Source: Lachnospiraceae bacterium
Lineage (GTDB): Bacteria; Bacillota; Clostridia; Lachnospirales; Lachnospiraceae
Assembly: GCA_017959345.1 (NCBI GenBank)
Contig: JAGDAW010000209.1
Span: 1-34,452 of the forward strand
Length of the DNA stretch: 34,452 nt
Direction: 5' to 3'
Part shown: positions 23,778-32,330 of the stretch, in pieces
How the letters are laid out: each line of letters starts with the position of its first letter
How positions within the stretch are numbered: position 1 is the first letter of the stretch
Notes under the pieces: generated by a model
What the model saw: the letters and a program-made list of their open reading frames with translations, nothing else
The model's database searches: none
Told to the model about the DNA's origin: nothing
Made by a program: the position numbers and the translations under genes

Positions 23778-26237
23778 TTACGCCTTCCGCATCCCCGCAG
23801 CCATCTTCGCCACGTCTTCCGGGCGCATCTCGTCCCGCGGCGAAAAATCATACGAATCCATATACCGGTAAATCGCGGCGACGAGCGCCCGCGCTTCCGG
23901 GTAATGAAGCTTCTGCTTCAGGTTCAGTCCCGAAACCAGCACGGCGCCGGTCCCCACGCGCATCTCCGCGATGCAGCAGTCCGGGATGTCCAGGTGCTGC
24001 AGGGAAAATGTATAGACGATCGGCCTTAACGGCTTCGGCAGTGTAAACGTCACCCCGGTCATCAGCCGGTTCCAACTCCCGCCGGCCTGCTCCCCGCCCG
24101 GCAAAACACTGCACAGCGGGTGGCCTTCCGCGAAACGGATCAGCGGGATCCCGAGCCGGCGGTCCGGCACTTTCGGGATCAGGAACACATTGCCGCCCTC
24201 TTCCAGGAACTTCAGCGCGTCCTCATCCAGGTACTCCGTCTCGTACACGGACTCCGGGCAGACCGGGATCACCTGGGGGTAAACGAAGACCGAAGCCCGG
24301 TCGGTGTACCCGCCGAAGGACGCGGCCAGGGCCAGTTCGCACGGTTCCGCCTTCCCGAAGCGCGCCTTCGGGAGCGGGATGTCGAACGACGTCAGCACCG
24401 CCTCCTTCCCCGGGAGCAGGCTGAGTTCCTGCCCGGTGACCTCTTCAACAAGGCCGTTCCCGGTGACGCGGAACTTGAGCACGCCGGTCACCGGCTGCAC
24501 GCCGTCGTTTTTCAGGAGCACCCGCCCTTTCAGGGCCGAACCGTACTCCAGCGCGGGGGCATCCGAAAGCACCGCGAGCATCACGTCCCCGAAAAACGCG
24601 CGGAACCGCTCGGGATCCGCGAACGGGAAGCGCTTCCGCACCCCGTGGGAATTCAGCATGCCGTGCGGGTGGGTGCCGAACCCGGACATGTCCTGGAGGC
24701 CGGACAGGAAGATCCCGTCCGTCTTCCCGGACGCCCGGATCTCCCGGACCGTCCGCCGGTAGCACTGAAGGGCTTTCTCGCCGCTCTCTTCCGCCAGGCG
24801 TTCCCATTTCGGAAGGAGGCGGGCCTTCGACGCGGCCTCCTGCATGGAAAGCAGGTTCTCCGGGATCAGGCGCCCGGTGAACAGGTCGATCTCCCGGAAA
24901 TCCGGGAGCATCTCATAGCCGCCCACAAAGAACAGGAGCTTCGGCGGGCGCCGCTTATCCTCCTCGTCCTGGAGCACCGTGCCCCCGGCCATAAAGCAGA
25001 ACCCCGGGCACTCGGACACCGCGGCGCCGAAGATCTCCTCCAGGGCCTCCGACGGCTCGAACGATTCCTGCGCGCCGGACCCGTCATGGCTCATCCCGAA
25101 GGAAAGCGCCGCGAAGGACGGGTGGTGCCGGTAGGCGCGGAGCATCTGCAGGCACTCATCTTTATAATAGTCTTCTTCCTCGACCGGATGGAGGAGCGAC
25201 AGCTCCGGCATGACGAGGAGCCCGGCCCGGTCCGCGGCCTCGAACGCCGCCTCCGGCGGGCAGTAGCCCCGGAAATAGACCGTATTCACGCCGTAGGCCT
25301 TATAGGTCTTATACAGTTTTTCCCACGAAACCGTGTCCATGGGCGGGTACACCGTCTCCGGGAACACGCCTTCGTTCGTCTCCCCGCGCACGAAGAACCG
25401 CCGCCCGTTCATCTGGAAATGGCCGTCCCGGTCGTAGGTGAACTCCCGGATGCCGAACTTCAGGATCTTCTCAAACCCCTCGTACCAGATGTGGAGATCG
25501 TAGAGGAACGGGTCTTCCGGGCTCCAGTAATGCAGGTCCTCCCGCAGCGGGATGTCCGGATAGCGCACCTCCGTCCGGTCCTCCAGGAGCACGATCTCCT
25601 GCTCGTAGGCCTGCTGGAACGCGTCCGACTGGATGCGCAGGAGGCCGACGCTCTCGTCCGCCGAATCCATCAGCAGGCAGACGGTCGCCGTCTCCTCCCC
25701 GAACCGGATGTCCGCGTGGCAGACGAAGGCCTCCCCCTCTTCCCGGATCCGCACCTCCCCCAGGAGCCCGTTCCAGTTCACGGACGTCTCGGAATTCGCG
25801 GCGTTCGAGCCGAGGATGGACGCCCGCGGCCAGTTCAGGAAGCGGTTGTCCGAAACGAAGGCCACCGTGTGCGTGCCGTCGAGCAGCCCCGTGACCTCGA
25901 ACACGGCCGGCATGGGCAATGTGCGGGCCTCGAACAGGGGCACTTCCTTCCCGTCGATGAACAGGGAGAGCTCCCGGGCGCGCTCGGCTTCGATAAAATA
26001 CCGCTTCCCGCCGGATTCCCGGAACGTGATCGTCCGGCTGATCCGGACGGGGCCCGAAAACATATAGCGGTGGAGGTAGCGGGAAGGCTCCGAATCCTCT
26101 TCCCCCTCCTGTTCCGAGACGCCGATATTGTATTCGTCGAGGGTCCCCGGCACGCGCATGGAAAGGACGCCCCGGCCTGTGCCTTCCACAGACCAGATGC
26201 CCGCCAGGGAATATGTTGTATAAGAAGCCAGCTGCAT
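23778..26237 (-). CDS. glycoside hydrolase family 2-like protein, 819 aa, no signal peptide
   Basis: Start moved to the ATG at 26237 (MQLASYTTYSLAGIWSVEG). The track's upstream extension to 26690 overlaps a promoter and the SDR gene. GH2-like blocks: FLYDLHIWYEG, FGIREFTYDRDGHFQMNGRRFFVRG, GVNTVYFRGYCPPEAAFEAADRAGLLVMPE, RHHPSF. Confidence 0.8.
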   Translation of the reverse strand: MQLASYTTYSLAGIWSVEGTGRGVLSMRVPGTLDEYNIGVSEQEGEEDSEPSRYLHRYMFSGPVRISRTITFRESGGKRYFIEAERARELSLFIDGKEVPLFEARTLPMPAVFEVTGLLDGTHTVAFVSDNRFLNWPRASILGSNAANSETSVNWNGLLGEVRIREEGEAFVCHADIRFGEETATVCLLMDSADESVGLLRIQSDAFQQAYEQEIVLLEDRTEVRYPDIPLREDLHYWSPEDPFLYDLHIWYEGFEKILKFGIREFTYDRDGHFQMNGRRFFVRGETNEGVFPETVYPPMDTVSWEKLYKTYKAYGVNTVYFRGYCPPEAAFEAADRAGLLVMPELSLLHPVEEEDYYKDECLQMLRAYRHHPSFAALSFGMSHDGSGAQESFEPSEALEEIFGAAVSECPGFCFMAGGTVLQDEEDKRRPPKLLFFVGGYEMLPDFREIDLFTGRLIPENLLSMQEAASKARLLPKWERLAEESGEKALQCYRRTVREIRASGKTDGIFLSGLQDMSGFGTHPHGMLNSHGVRKRFPFADPERFRAFFGDVMLAVLSDAPALEYGSALKGRVLLKNDGVQPVTGVLKFRVTGNGLVEEVTGQELSLLPGKEAVLTSFDIPLPKARFGKAEPCELALAASFGGYTDRASVFVYPQVIPVCPESVYETEYLDEDALKFLEEGGNVFLIPKVPDRRLGIPLIRFAEGHPLCSVLPGGEQAGGSWNRLMTGVTFTLPKPLRPIVYTFSLQHLDIPDCCIAEMRVGTGAVLVSGLNLKQKLHYPEARALVAAIYRYMDSYDFSPRDEMRPEDVAKMAAGMRKA

Positions 26238-26296
26238 AAGGATATCCGCCCCGGAAAATGGGTTCCGGCTGTAAACCGCATAAAAATACGGATAGC

Positions 26297-26325
26297 ATTG
26301 TAGCAAAAAAGTACGGGAAATGCAA
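26297..26325 (-). promoter_or_regulatory. sigma-70-type promoter for the GH2-like gene (TTGCAT-17 nt-TACAAT with TGn extended -10)
   Basis: -35 is the reverse complement of 26320-26325 and -10 the reverse complement of 26297-26302, spacing 17 nt. Confidence 0.5.
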
Positions 26326-26415
26326 GACGGAGTTGGGCTTTCGGCGCGGCAGGCCCCCGGGACGGGCCCCGCTGCCGCCCCGGCCGCATGAAACGCTGGA
26401 CTGCGGGGACGGATG

Positions 26416-26424
26416 TGGTATAAT
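26416..26424 (+). promoter_or_regulatory. extended -10 promoter element (TGgTATAAT) for the SDR gene; -35 is weak (CTGGAC)
   Basis: TATAAT at 26419-26424 preceded by TGg. A perfect 8-bp hairpin GGGGACAG-ggc-CTGTCCCC (26432-26450) follows in the leader, then a GGAGGTGG RBS. Confidence 0.4.
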
Positions 26425-26472
26425 GGGCGGCGGGGACAGGGCCTGTCCCCCAGTAAAGATTCGGAGGTGGCT

Positions 26473-27261
26473 ATGAAACGGTATCTGGTGACCGGCGCCG
26501 CGGGCGGCATGGGGAAAGCGGTCTGCCGCGCCCTTACGGACGCGGGGGCCGAAGTGTGGGGGCTCGACCTCAGCGCGGAGGAAGGGGACCCGCGGATGAT
26601 CCGCGCGGACGTCACGGACCCGGCTTCGCTGGAGGCTGCATCTATGCGGGTCCGGGCGGAGGCGGGGACGCTCGACGGGATCGTCCACACCGCCGGGATC
26701 TATAACCTCGCGTCCCTCGTGGAGCTGCCGGAGGAGGCGTTCCTCCGCATTTTCGACATCAACCTGTTCGGCATTTACCGGACCAACCGGATCTTCCTCC
26801 CGCTGCTCGGGGAAGGCGGGCGCATTGTCATGGTCTCCAGCGAACTGGCGCCGCTCGACCCGCTCCCGTTCACGGGCATCTACGCCATCACGAAATCCGC
26901 GGTGGAAAAGTACGCGGCCTCGCTCCGGATGGAACTGCAGCTGCTCGGCTTTTCCGTCAGCGTGATCCGCCCCGGCGCCGTGGACACCGGCATGCTGCCC
27001 GCTTCCACCGCCGCGCTGGAACGCTTCTCCGCGGAAACAAAGCTCTACCCGGACAGCGCGGGCCGCTTCCGCCATATCGTGGACAGCGTGGAATCCCGTG
27101 CCGTCCCGCCCGGAAAAGTGGCGGAGGCGGCCCTGGAGGCGCTGACGGCGCCGCGGCCGAAGCTTGTGTATAACCTGAACCGGAACCCGCTGCTCCGGCT
27201 GCTGGACGCGCTCCCGCAGCGGCTGCAGCTCCTGGTGATCCGGAAGATCCTGAAAGGCTGA
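26473..27261 (+). CDS. short-chain dehydrogenase/reductase (SDR) family oxidoreductase, 262 aa
   Basis: Start at the ATG at 26473 (MKRYLVTGAAGGMGKAV) with a GGAGG RBS. Contains the TGxxxGxG cofactor motif, the VSS Ser and the YAITK (YxxxK) catalytic motif. Confidence 0.9.
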   Translation: MKRYLVTGAAGGMGKAVCRALTDAGAEVWGLDLSAEEGDPRMIRADVTDPASLEAASMRVRAEAGTLDGIVHTAGIYNLASLVELPEEAFLRIFDINLFGIYRTNRIFLPLLGEGGRIVMVSSELAPLDPLPFTGIYAITKSAVEKYAASLRMELQLLGFSVSVIRPGAVDTGMLPASTAALERFSAETKLYPDSAGRFRHIVDSVESRAVPPGKVAEAALEALTAPRPKLVYNLNRNPLLRLLDALPQRLQLLVIRKILKG

Positions 27262-27296
27262 GGCGCCGTCCGGCCCTCTCCGCCCATATAAAGAAA

Positions 27297-27331
27297 GACA
27301 CCCCGTTCCCTTCCGGAGGGAGCGGGGTGTC
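27297..27331. terminator. intrinsic terminator between the convergent SDR gene and the ABC binding-protein gene (stronger for the minus strand)
   Basis: 14-bp stem GACACCCCGTTCCC-ttccgga-GGGAGCGGGGTGTC (one G-U). On the minus strand UUUCUUUAUAU follows; on the plus strand only UU follows. Confidence 0.7.
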
Positions 27332-27390
27332 TTCGGGCAATGCGTCAACGAAACGTGCAATGGATCACGCACTGCGCCTCGTTTTAAGGA

Positions 27391-29145
27391 TTACTGCTGG
27401 ATATCCAGCGTGTAATACTTCTTCAGCGTTTCAATCGCCGCATTGACATTGGCCTCGAATGCGTTCGAGGATACATCATAGTACCCCACGAAGCCGGAGT
27501 TGTGGCCGGCGGTCTTGTAGAACTCGGTATTGTCCGGATTGACCATACCCATGGCGACGAAGGAGGACGCCGGGACCTGGCCCGCCTGGGCGATCTTCTC
27601 GCAGATGTAGTTGCGGTCGAAGAGCAGGGAGATCGCGTTGCGGATCTCCTGCTGCGCCTTCTCCTTCTCCACACCGGTCAGGGAAGAGCCGGGAAGCAGG
27701 TCGGAATTGACGTTCCAGCAGACATAGTACGTACCGATCTGGCCGGCCACGACGAACTGCTGCGGATAATCCTTCTTCAGGGTCGCGATTTCGTTCGTGG
27801 GCACGTCGTCGATCAGCTGCCAGCTGCCGTTCTTGAAGTTGGTGAGCATGTTGTTGCTGTCGTCGGAAAGGTAGCACTTGATCTCGCCCATGGTGACGGA
27901 GGCCGCGTCGATGTAGTTCGGGTTCTTCGTCAGGGTCATGAGGCTGTCATGGTTCCAGCCGGTAAGGGTGTAGGGCCCGTTGCACACATAGGTGGCGGGA
28001 TCCGTCGCCCAGGACTCGTTCTTCACCACGTCCTCGCGGACCGGGAAATACGTCGGGAACGCAAGCAGTTCGTTCCAGTAGGAAATCGCGGAGGAAAGGG
28101 TCACCTTCAGGGTCTTCTCATCGACCGCTTCCACGGCCAGCTTGCCTTCGTCGTAGCCCTTGATGACTTCGAACATGTACTCATAGTCCGCGGCGAGTTC
28201 CTTGTCGATGGCGCGGTTCCAGGCATACACGAAATCATTCGCGGTCAGGGCAGCGCCGTCGGACCACTTCAGGCCGTCACGCAGGGTGTAGGTGTAGGTC
28301 ACGGTGCCGTCACTGTTCACAACGCCTTCCGGAAGGCTCGTCGCGCAGTCCGCCACGATCTGGAGGCTGCCGTCGTCCGCCTGGTCCCACTTCGCGATGC
28401 CGGAGAACAGGTGCACCAGGAGCGTCGCGCCGTCCACTGCGGAGTTCAGCGCGGGGTCGATGGTATCGGGTTCGGACGCAAGGCAGACCGAGATGGAGTC
28501 GCTGGTGCCGTACGTGCAGTTCATGAAGTACTTGTAGCCGAGGGGCGACGAGAAGAAGCCCTTCACGTTGCTGTCGATCATGTACAGGTCGGTGTAGTAA
28601 TACAGCGGCGTGATGCAGCCGGTCGCCATCAGCATGTCTTCCGCAAGGTGCATCAGCTGGTAGCGCTTGACGTTGTCCGTGCAGGACTTGATCGTGCTGA
28701 TCAGCACGTCGTAGGTCTCCGCCCAGGTGCCGTCGGTCACTTTGGTCTCATAGCCGTAGGAGGTCAGGTCCAGGCTGTACATTTTCAGCTTGGCATGATC
28801 GCCCTTGCCGAACTGGACGTCATTGTTGCCCGAATACGAAGTCCACATATCGAGGAAGCAGATCGGATCCGTGTAGTCCGCGACCCAGCCGTTCCTGGCC
28901 ACGTCGTAGTTGCCGTCCTTACGGGTGTTCAGGAAGGTCGCCCAGTCCTGGTTCTCCATGGTCATGGTGATGCCCGCCGCCTTCAGCGCCGCCTGCAGGT
29001 ACTCGCCGATCGCCTTATGGCCTTCGCTGGTGTTGTACAGGTACTTCAGGGTCGGGGGATTCGTCCCCGTGGTCTTCGGCTTGCCGCATGCCGCCATTCC
29101 CAGCAGCATGGCAACCGCAAGAATCAGTGCAAGTGTCTTTTTCAT
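27391..29145 (-). CDS. ABC transporter substrate-binding lipoprotein, family 5 (OppA/DppA-type), 584 aa, apparently circularly permuted
   Basis: Lipobox LLGMAAC. Family-5 motifs are present in non-canonical order (see findings): NGWVADYTDPICFLDMW near the N-terminus; SEPDTIDPAL and LKWSDGAALTANDFVYAWNRA in the middle. GGGAGAAAGAG RBS. Confidence 0.9.
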   Translation of the reverse strand: MKKTLALILAVAMLLGMAACGKPKTTGTNPPTLKYLYNTSEGHKAIGEYLQAALKAAGITMTMENQDWATFLNTRKDGNYDVARNGWVADYTDPICFLDMWTSYSGNNDVQFGKGDHAKLKMYSLDLTSYGYETKVTDGTWAETYDVLISTIKSCTDNVKRYQLMHLAEDMLMATGCITPLYYYTDLYMIDSNVKGFFSSPLGYKYFMNCTYGTSDSISVCLASEPDTIDPALNSAVDGATLLVHLFSGIAKWDQADDGSLQIVADCATSLPEGVVNSDGTVTYTYTLRDGLKWSDGAALTANDFVYAWNRAIDKELAADYEYMFEVIKGYDEGKLAVEAVDEKTLKVTLSSAISYWNELLAFPTYFPVREDVVKNESWATDPATYVCNGPYTLTGWNHDSLMTLTKNPNYIDAASVTMGEIKCYLSDDSNNMLTNFKNGSWQLIDDVPTNEIATLKKDYPQQFVVAGQIGTYYVCWNVNSDLLPGSSLTGVEKEKAQQEIRNAISLLFDRNYICEKIAQAGQVPASSFVAMGMVNPDNTEFYKTAGHNSGFVGYYDVSSNAFEANVNAAIETLKKYYTLDIQQ

Positions 29146-29182
29146 TTTGCTCTTTCTCCCTTGAGATATTTATTTCTTCGCC

Positions 29183-29214
29183 CCGGGCGGGTGCATTGCA
29201 CGACGCCTGCCCGG
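29183..29214 (-). promoter_or_regulatory. intercistronic GC-rich hairpin between the second ATPase gene and the binding-protein gene (no U-tract; possible mRNA-stability or processing element)
   Basis: CCGGGCGGGTGCATTGCACGACGCCTGCCCGG can form a stem of about 11 bp with G-U pairs. It lies in a 98-nt gap. Confidence 0.3.
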
Positions 29215-29243
29215 GTGCGCAGAAAACGTAAAAAATGTGCCGG

Positions 29244-30233
29244 TTAACCGTTGATCTCCTTCGTCCGGTGGCAGGCCACGAAATGCCCGGCGGACACTTC
29301 CTCGAACGCCGGCATCGATTCGGCGCACTGCTCCGTCGCGTAAACGCACCGCGTGCGGAACGGGCAGCCCGAAGGCGCGTTCAGCGGGGACGGGATGTCC
29401 CCGGAAAGCGTGATGCGCTGGTTGCTGCGGGCGACGTCGGGGTCCGGCTGAGGAACGGCCGAGATCAGCGCCTTCGAATAGGGGTACAGCGGATGGTCGT
29501 AGATCTCCTTCGCCTCCGCCAGCTCCACCATCTTCCCGAGGTACATGACCGCGATGCGGTCGCTGATGTGGCGGACCACCAGGAGGTCATGGGCAATGAA
29601 CAGGTAGGTCAGCCCCAGGTCGCGCTGCAGTTCGTCGAACATATTGATGATCTGCGCCTGGATGGAGACGTCCAGCGCCGAAACCGGCTCGTCGCAGACG
29701 ATGAATTCCGGCTGGACGGCGAGCGCCCTCGCGATGCCGATGCGCTGCCGCTGCCCGCCCGAGAACTCGTGCGCGTACCGCGACGCGTGCTCGCTGTTCA
29801 GGCCGACTTTCGCCATCAGGTCCAGGATCTTCTCCTGCCGCTCTTCCTTCGACTTGTACATCTGGTGGACGTCGAGCGGCTCCCCGATGATGTCCGCCAC
29901 CGTCATGCGCGGGTTCAGGGAGGAATACGGGTCCTGGAAGACCATGGCGGTCTTCGTGTACAGGGACCGGATGTCCGCCTTGGTGACGATCTCCTTCCCG
30001 TCATAGAAAATCTGTCCGCCCGTCGGCTTATACAGGTGGAGGATCGTCCGGCCGACCGTCGTCTTCCCGCAGCCCGACTCACCCACGAGCCCCAGGGTTT
30101 CGCCGCGGTTGATCGCGAAGGAGACCCCGTCCACGGCCTTCAGCGGCTTCGTACGGAACAGGCCGACGTTGATATTGAAATACTGTTTTAAATCCCGCAC
30201 TTCCACAAGCGGGGTCCCGGCGGGTTCACGCAT
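29244..30233 (-). CDS. Opp/Dpp-type ABC transporter ATP-binding protein (OppF-like), 329 aa
   Basis: Walker A GESGCGKTT, signature FSGGQRQRIGIARAL, Walker B FIVCDEPVSALD, and a C-terminal Cys-rich oligopeptide-type extension (GCPFRTRC). Overlaps the upstream gene by 8 nt. Confidence 0.9.
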   Translation of the reverse strand: MREPAGTPLVEVRDLKQYFNINVGLFRTKPLKAVDGVSFAINRGETLGLVGESGCGKTTVGRTILHLYKPTGGQIFYDGKEIVTKADIRSLYTKTAMVFQDPYSSLNPRMTVADIIGEPLDVHQMYKSKEERQEKILDLMAKVGLNSEHASRYAHEFSGGQRQRIGIARALAVQPEFIVCDEPVSALDVSIQAQIINMFDELQRDLGLTYLFIAHDLLVVRHISDRIAVMYLGKMVELAEAKEIYDHPLYPYSKALISAVPQPDPDVARSNQRITLSGDIPSPLNAPSGCPFRTRCVYATEQCAESMPAFEEVSAGHFVACHRTKEING

Positions 30234-31230
30234 GGCGGCCTCCTTCCTCTTCCGGCGTCTGGCGGTCCGGGCGAAGGTTCATCCAGCAGGCGGCGGCGTG
30301 GTCTTCGTTGATCTGCTGCCGCTCCGCGGCCTTCCGGATGCAGATGCGCATGGCCTCGTCGCAGCGCGGCGCGAACGGGCAGCCTTCCGGCATGTTCAGC
30401 AGGTCGATCGGCGTGCCGGTGATGGGCTCCAGCCGCTTCCCCGCCGTGTTCAGCGTGGGGATGGACTTCATCAGGCCTTTCGTATACTCATGGCGGGGAT
30501 TGTAGAAAATCTCCCGGGCCGTCCCCTGCTCGCAGATGGACCCCGCGTACATGACGATGACTTCGTCGCACATCTGCGCGACGACGCCCAGGTCGTGGGT
30601 GATCATGATGATCGCCATCCCGAGCTCCTTCTGCAGGGACCCCATCAGCTCCAGGATCTGGGCCTGGATCGTGACGTCGAGCGCCGTGGTCGGCTCATCC
30701 GCGATGAGGATGTCCGGCTCGCAGGCGAGCGCCATGGCGATCATGACGCGCTGCCGCATGCCGCCCGAAAACTCGTGCGGGTACTGCTTCATGCGCCGCT
30801 CCGGCTCGTTGACGTTCACCAGCCGCAGCATCTCCACCGCGCGGTCCCACGCTTCCTTCCGGTTCCGGTCCGTGTGCAGCAGGATCGCTTCCATGATCTG
30901 GTGCCCGATCGTATACGTCGGGTTCAGCGACGTCATGGGATCCTGGAATATAATGGAAATCCGGTTGCCCCGGACGTGTTTCATCACTTTCTCGCCCGCA
31001 TTGACCAGTTCCTGCCCGTCCAGCTTCACGGACCCGCCGATGATCCGGCCGGTCGGCGCGAGGATCTGCATGATCGAATACGCGGTCACCGATTTCCCGG
31101 ACCCCGATTCGCCCACGATGCCGAGGACCTTGCCCCGCTCCAGGAAGAAAGAAACGCCGTTTACCGCTTTGACTTCACCCGCGTCCGTAAAGAACGACGT
31201 GCGCAGGTCCTGAACTTCCAGCAATGCCAT
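30226..31230 (-). CDS. Opp/Dpp-type ABC transporter ATP-binding protein (OppD-like), 334 aa
   Basis: Walker A GESGSGKSV, signature FSGGMRQRVMIAMAL, Walker B ILIADEPTTALD, and C-terminal GCPFAPRC. AGGAGGG RBS. Confidence 0.9.
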   Translation of the reverse strand: MALLEVQDLRTSFFTDAGEVKAVNGVSFFLERGKVLGIVGESGSGKSVTAYSIMQILAPTGRIIGGSVKLDGQELVNAGEKVMKHVRGNRISIIFQDPMTSLNPTYTIGHQIMEAILLHTDRNRKEAWDRAVEMLRLVNVNEPERRMKQYPHEFSGGMRQRVMIAMALACEPDILIADEPTTALDVTIQAQILELMGSLQKELGMAIIMITHDLGVVAQMCDEVIVMYAGSICEQGTAREIFYNPRHEYTKGLMKSIPTLNTAGKRLEPITGTPIDLLNMPEGCPFAPRCDEAMRICIRKAAERQQINEDHAAACWMNLRPDRQTPEEEGGRHA

Positions 31231-31243
31231 ACCGTTTCCCTCC

Positions 31244-32326
31244 TTACCCGTTCAGTTTCGGATCAAACGCGTCACGCAGGCCGTCGCCGAACAGGTTCAG
31301 CGAAAGCACGATCAGCGAAATGACGACCGCGGGGATCGCCAGCCGGTAGCCGTACGTATTGATGCCGTTCAGCGCGTCCGACGCGAGCGACCCGAGCGAC
31401 GGCATGGGCGCATTGATGCCCAGACCCAGGAACGACAGGTAGCTCTCCGTGAAAATGGCGCTGGGGATCTGCAGCGCGGTCGAAATGATGATCACGCTGA
31501 TGCAGTTCGGGATCAGGTGCTTCCGGATGATCCAGCTGCCCTTCGCGCCGGTGGAACGCGCGGCCAGCACGTACTCCTGCTCGCGGAGCGAGAGGATCTG
31601 CCCGCGGATCAGGCGCGCCATGGAGACCCAGTACAGCAGCGCGAACACGATGAACAGGCTGATGATGTTGCTGCCGACCCGCTCCAGGAACGTGCCCTCG
31701 ATCATCTCCGCAAGCTTCGTCTGCTTGAGGACCGCGGCGAGCAGGATCACCATCAGCATATCCGGCAGGGAGTAAATGATATCGACGATCCGCATGGTGA
31801 TCAGGTCCACCTTCCCGCCGAAATACCCCGCCAGCGAACCGACCAGGAGGCCGATGATCAGCACGATGATGCTCGCGAAGAAGCCGACCACCAGGGAAAT
31901 GCGCGTCCCGTACACGATCCGGATGAAGTAGTCGCGCCCGGCAGAATCCGTCCCGAACAGGTGCGGGAACACGAATTCGCCCGCCTCGATCCGCGCGCGC
32001 TCCGTCGCCCCGTACTCGAACGGGGCCAGGTTGTTATAGGAATCATCCACCGGCTTCCCGAGCGCCACGCCCAGCTGCCTGTCATAAGCGTACGGCCAGA
32101 ACAGCGGGATCAGCAGGGAGGACAGCGCGATGACCACGATTACGATAAAGCTGACGGTCGCGACCTTGTTCCGGAGCAGCCGCTTCACGCCGTCCCGGAA
32201 GAACGTGGTCGACGGGCGCATCTGCACCATATATTCCTTCTCTTCCGCCGACGCGGGCAGGAAACTGTCCACGTCAATGTGCATGGTGAAGGGGTTCTTT
32301 TTCATTTCCGTCTTCATCTTCCGCAC
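31244..32326 (-). CDS. Opp/Dpp-type ABC transporter permease (OppC-like), up to 360 aa
   Basis: OppC-type N-terminal segment followed by the BPD_transp_1 core (GTDSAGRDYFIRIVYGTRISL..., EQEYVLAARSTGAKGSWIIRKHLIPN). The track start at 32326 is a GTG; in-frame ATGs at 32317 and 32305 are alternatives. Confidence 0.85.
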   Translation of the reverse strand: MRKMKTEMKKNPFTMHIDVDSFLPASAEEKEYMVQMRPSTTFFRDGVKRLLRNKVATVSFIVIVVIALSSLLIPLFWPYAYDRQLGVALGKPVDDSYNNLAPFEYGATERARIEAGEFVFPHLFGTDSAGRDYFIRIVYGTRISLVVGFFASIIVLIIGLLVGSLAGYFGGKVDLITMRIVDIIYSLPDMLMVILLAAVLKQTKLAEMIEGTFLERVGSNIISLFIVFALLYWVSMARLIRGQILSLREQEYVLAARSTGAKGSWIIRKHLIPNCISVIIISTALQIPSAIFTESYLSFLGLGINAPMPSLGSLASDALNGINTYGYRLAIPAVVISLIVLSLNLFGDGLRDAFDPKLNG

Positions 32327-32330
32327 CGCC

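Noticed and set aside
26238-26690. N-terminal 151-aa extension of the GH2-like ORF. Similar track extensions occur for GH3a (6458-6553), the response regulator (18062-18094) and the SDR (26413-26472).
   Set aside because: The extensions are low-complexity, lack RBSs and run across promoters or neighbouring genes. The downstream starts I chose for GH3a, the response regulator and the SDR have GGAGG-type RBSs at correct spacing; the GH2-like ATG at 26237 has only a weak one. All four chosen starts begin at typical family N-termini.
25471-27372. 633-aa minus-strand ORF overlapping the GH2-like 5' region, the divergent promoters and the whole SDR gene.
   Set aside because: It is an out-of-frame or antisense read-through with an Arg/Gly/Pro-rich composition. 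It conflicts with two well-supported genes and with the promoter elements at 26297-26325 and 26416-26424.
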